From NCBI GenBank assembly GCA_043228905.1, contig JBHGNT010000003.1, positions 16,616,001-16,680,000 on the forward strand: a stretch of DNA of 64,000 nucleotides, written 5' to 3'. Positions 62,467-64,000 of this stretch are shown in pieces (positions within the stretch are counted from its first letter, which is position 1; every line of letters begins with the position of its first letter). Position numbers and translations under genes: made by a program. Below the pieces are notes generated by a model. That model did no database searches. It was given only the letters and a program-made list of their open reading frames with translations, and had not been told where the DNA came from. This stretch comes from Azolla caroliniana (taxonomy: Eukaryota > Plantae > Polypodiophyta).

Positions 62467-64000
62467 TATTGGGAAAGATGTCTCTCCGGATGAGAAGAGA
62501 AGTACCGTGTTGGTCAGTATCTTGGCCGAGGCCGAAACCGAAATCGAAATCGAAAACCGAAATCGTTTCGGAAGACTATAATTGAAAATAGTCTAAAATG
62601 CCCCGCGTGGGCTATACTTGTAAATAGCCAAAAAGTTGCTTTTGTTTCTAAGAAACTAGGGCAAACTTTAGTAAGGGAGTAGTTGATCATGATTGAAAAG
62701 TCAGAATGAGGTAGTAACTGCCTTTGTAACCATGAGTAAGAGAGTGAGAATGTAACTTTGTAGCCGTCTATTAGACGAAGGAGAACTCAAGGTTATTGCC
62801 TCCGAGTTCTGTATCTGTACTTCCTCTCTACTATAGTGATCTGTTTTCTCGGGGTTTGTGGACCCCTGTGGTTTTTCCCATTTCGGGTTTTCCACATAAA
62901 ATATCGGTGTCTCTGTGTCATCACATTTTTTTCTGTGTACTAGTTCTTGGCTTCTGCACACTACCACGAATGTGTAACCGGTTGTGGCCGATCGATTCCT
63001 AACAAAGTGGTATCAGAGTGATGGAAGACTCGTTCGGCATCATGTTTAAGCTAACCGGCTCCAACTACTTAGTGTGGAAGTCGAAGATGAGAGACATGCT
63101 CGTATGCAAAGACCTCTGGTTGTCAGTGTGCAGTTTGGAGATAAAAGATTAGACAAGATCGATGCAGCGACTTGGGAAGCGTTGCATCTGAAGGCGGTTG
63201 CATATATAAGGTGTTTTATAGACATGAGTCTATACAACAACTTCGGCGAAGAAACAGAAGCAGACGTTCTTCAGAAGAAGATCAATGTCATGTTTGAAAA
63301 CAAGAACGCCATGAATCGAGTCTTAGTATTTTGAAAAATTGTGAGGCTCCGGTGTCAAGATGGCTCCACTATGGTGGAGCACATGAATGACTTCCAAGGA
63401 TTGATGAACCAAACCACCTCTCTAGAAGTACCGCTGGCCGACGAGGTATTAACATTACTGTTCTTGGGATCCCTCTGGTAGTTGGGAGACGCTCGTTGTC
63501 ACTTTGGGCAACGCCGGGCTGGAAGGGAAGCATCTATCCCTAGAGTAGGTGAAGTGAAGCTTGCTGAATAAAGAAGCTCGCCGGAAGGACTGTGAGTCCA
63601 AGACCAACCAGAAGGCCTTAGTCATGGAAGGTGACATGATTCGGGGAAGAGGCTGAAATCAAAGTCCCTAGAACTGAGATAAGTCGGGGACCAGTCGTAT
63701 TCGAGGGGGAGGCCCAAGTGCTTCTATTGTGGGAAGCGAGAGCACTTCCAAAAAAACTGCCGACACTTTCGAAAGGAGAAAGGCGGAGTTGATAGGGTAG
63801 AGCTGAAGAAAATCCCGGACAGAAAGAACACCTCAGCAATCGCCACGAGTGAGGAGGAGTTGTTGCTCATCAGATAGCAAAACGAAGTGAATCTCGCTGG
63901 CGAAGAATTGACATGGGTGGTCGATTCGGGTGTGTCATTCCACCTAACCCCTGACCAAAAGTGCTTCTCATCCTACAAAGTTGGAGATCTCGGATCCGTA
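62467..64000 (+). mobile_element. Copia K (F-related), runs off the window
   Basis: LTR 62467-63004; PBS TGGTATCAGAG at 63008; gag ATG 63021; CFYCGK; WVVDSG. Confidence 0.9.

Overview
This is land-plant nuclear DNA; a non-seed plant such as a fern is inferred from the TE families. Two paralogous two-exon class-3-lipase-like genes (At4g10955-type; minus strand, 6741-7998 and 50761-51941) are separated and flanked by nested LTR retrotransposons. Target-site duplications (TSDs) resolve the nest to four levels: copia A (10780-39750) contains copia E (11387-39170). E contains copia F, non-autonomous element B and gypsy C, and C contains element D and two solo LTRs. Two RTEX-like LINE pieces are also present. 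The most unusual signals are cis-elements: (1) tRNA-derived A-box/B-box modules at the outer U3 edge of several different LTR families, in antisense orientation; (2) a gypsy element carrying a tRNA-Arg 3'-end copy where the PPT should be, complementary to its own PBS; (3) a non-autonomous element with a Tf1-type self-priming PBS, perfect heat-shock elements and a repeat-rich interior. All comparisons were made by eye; no database searches were run.
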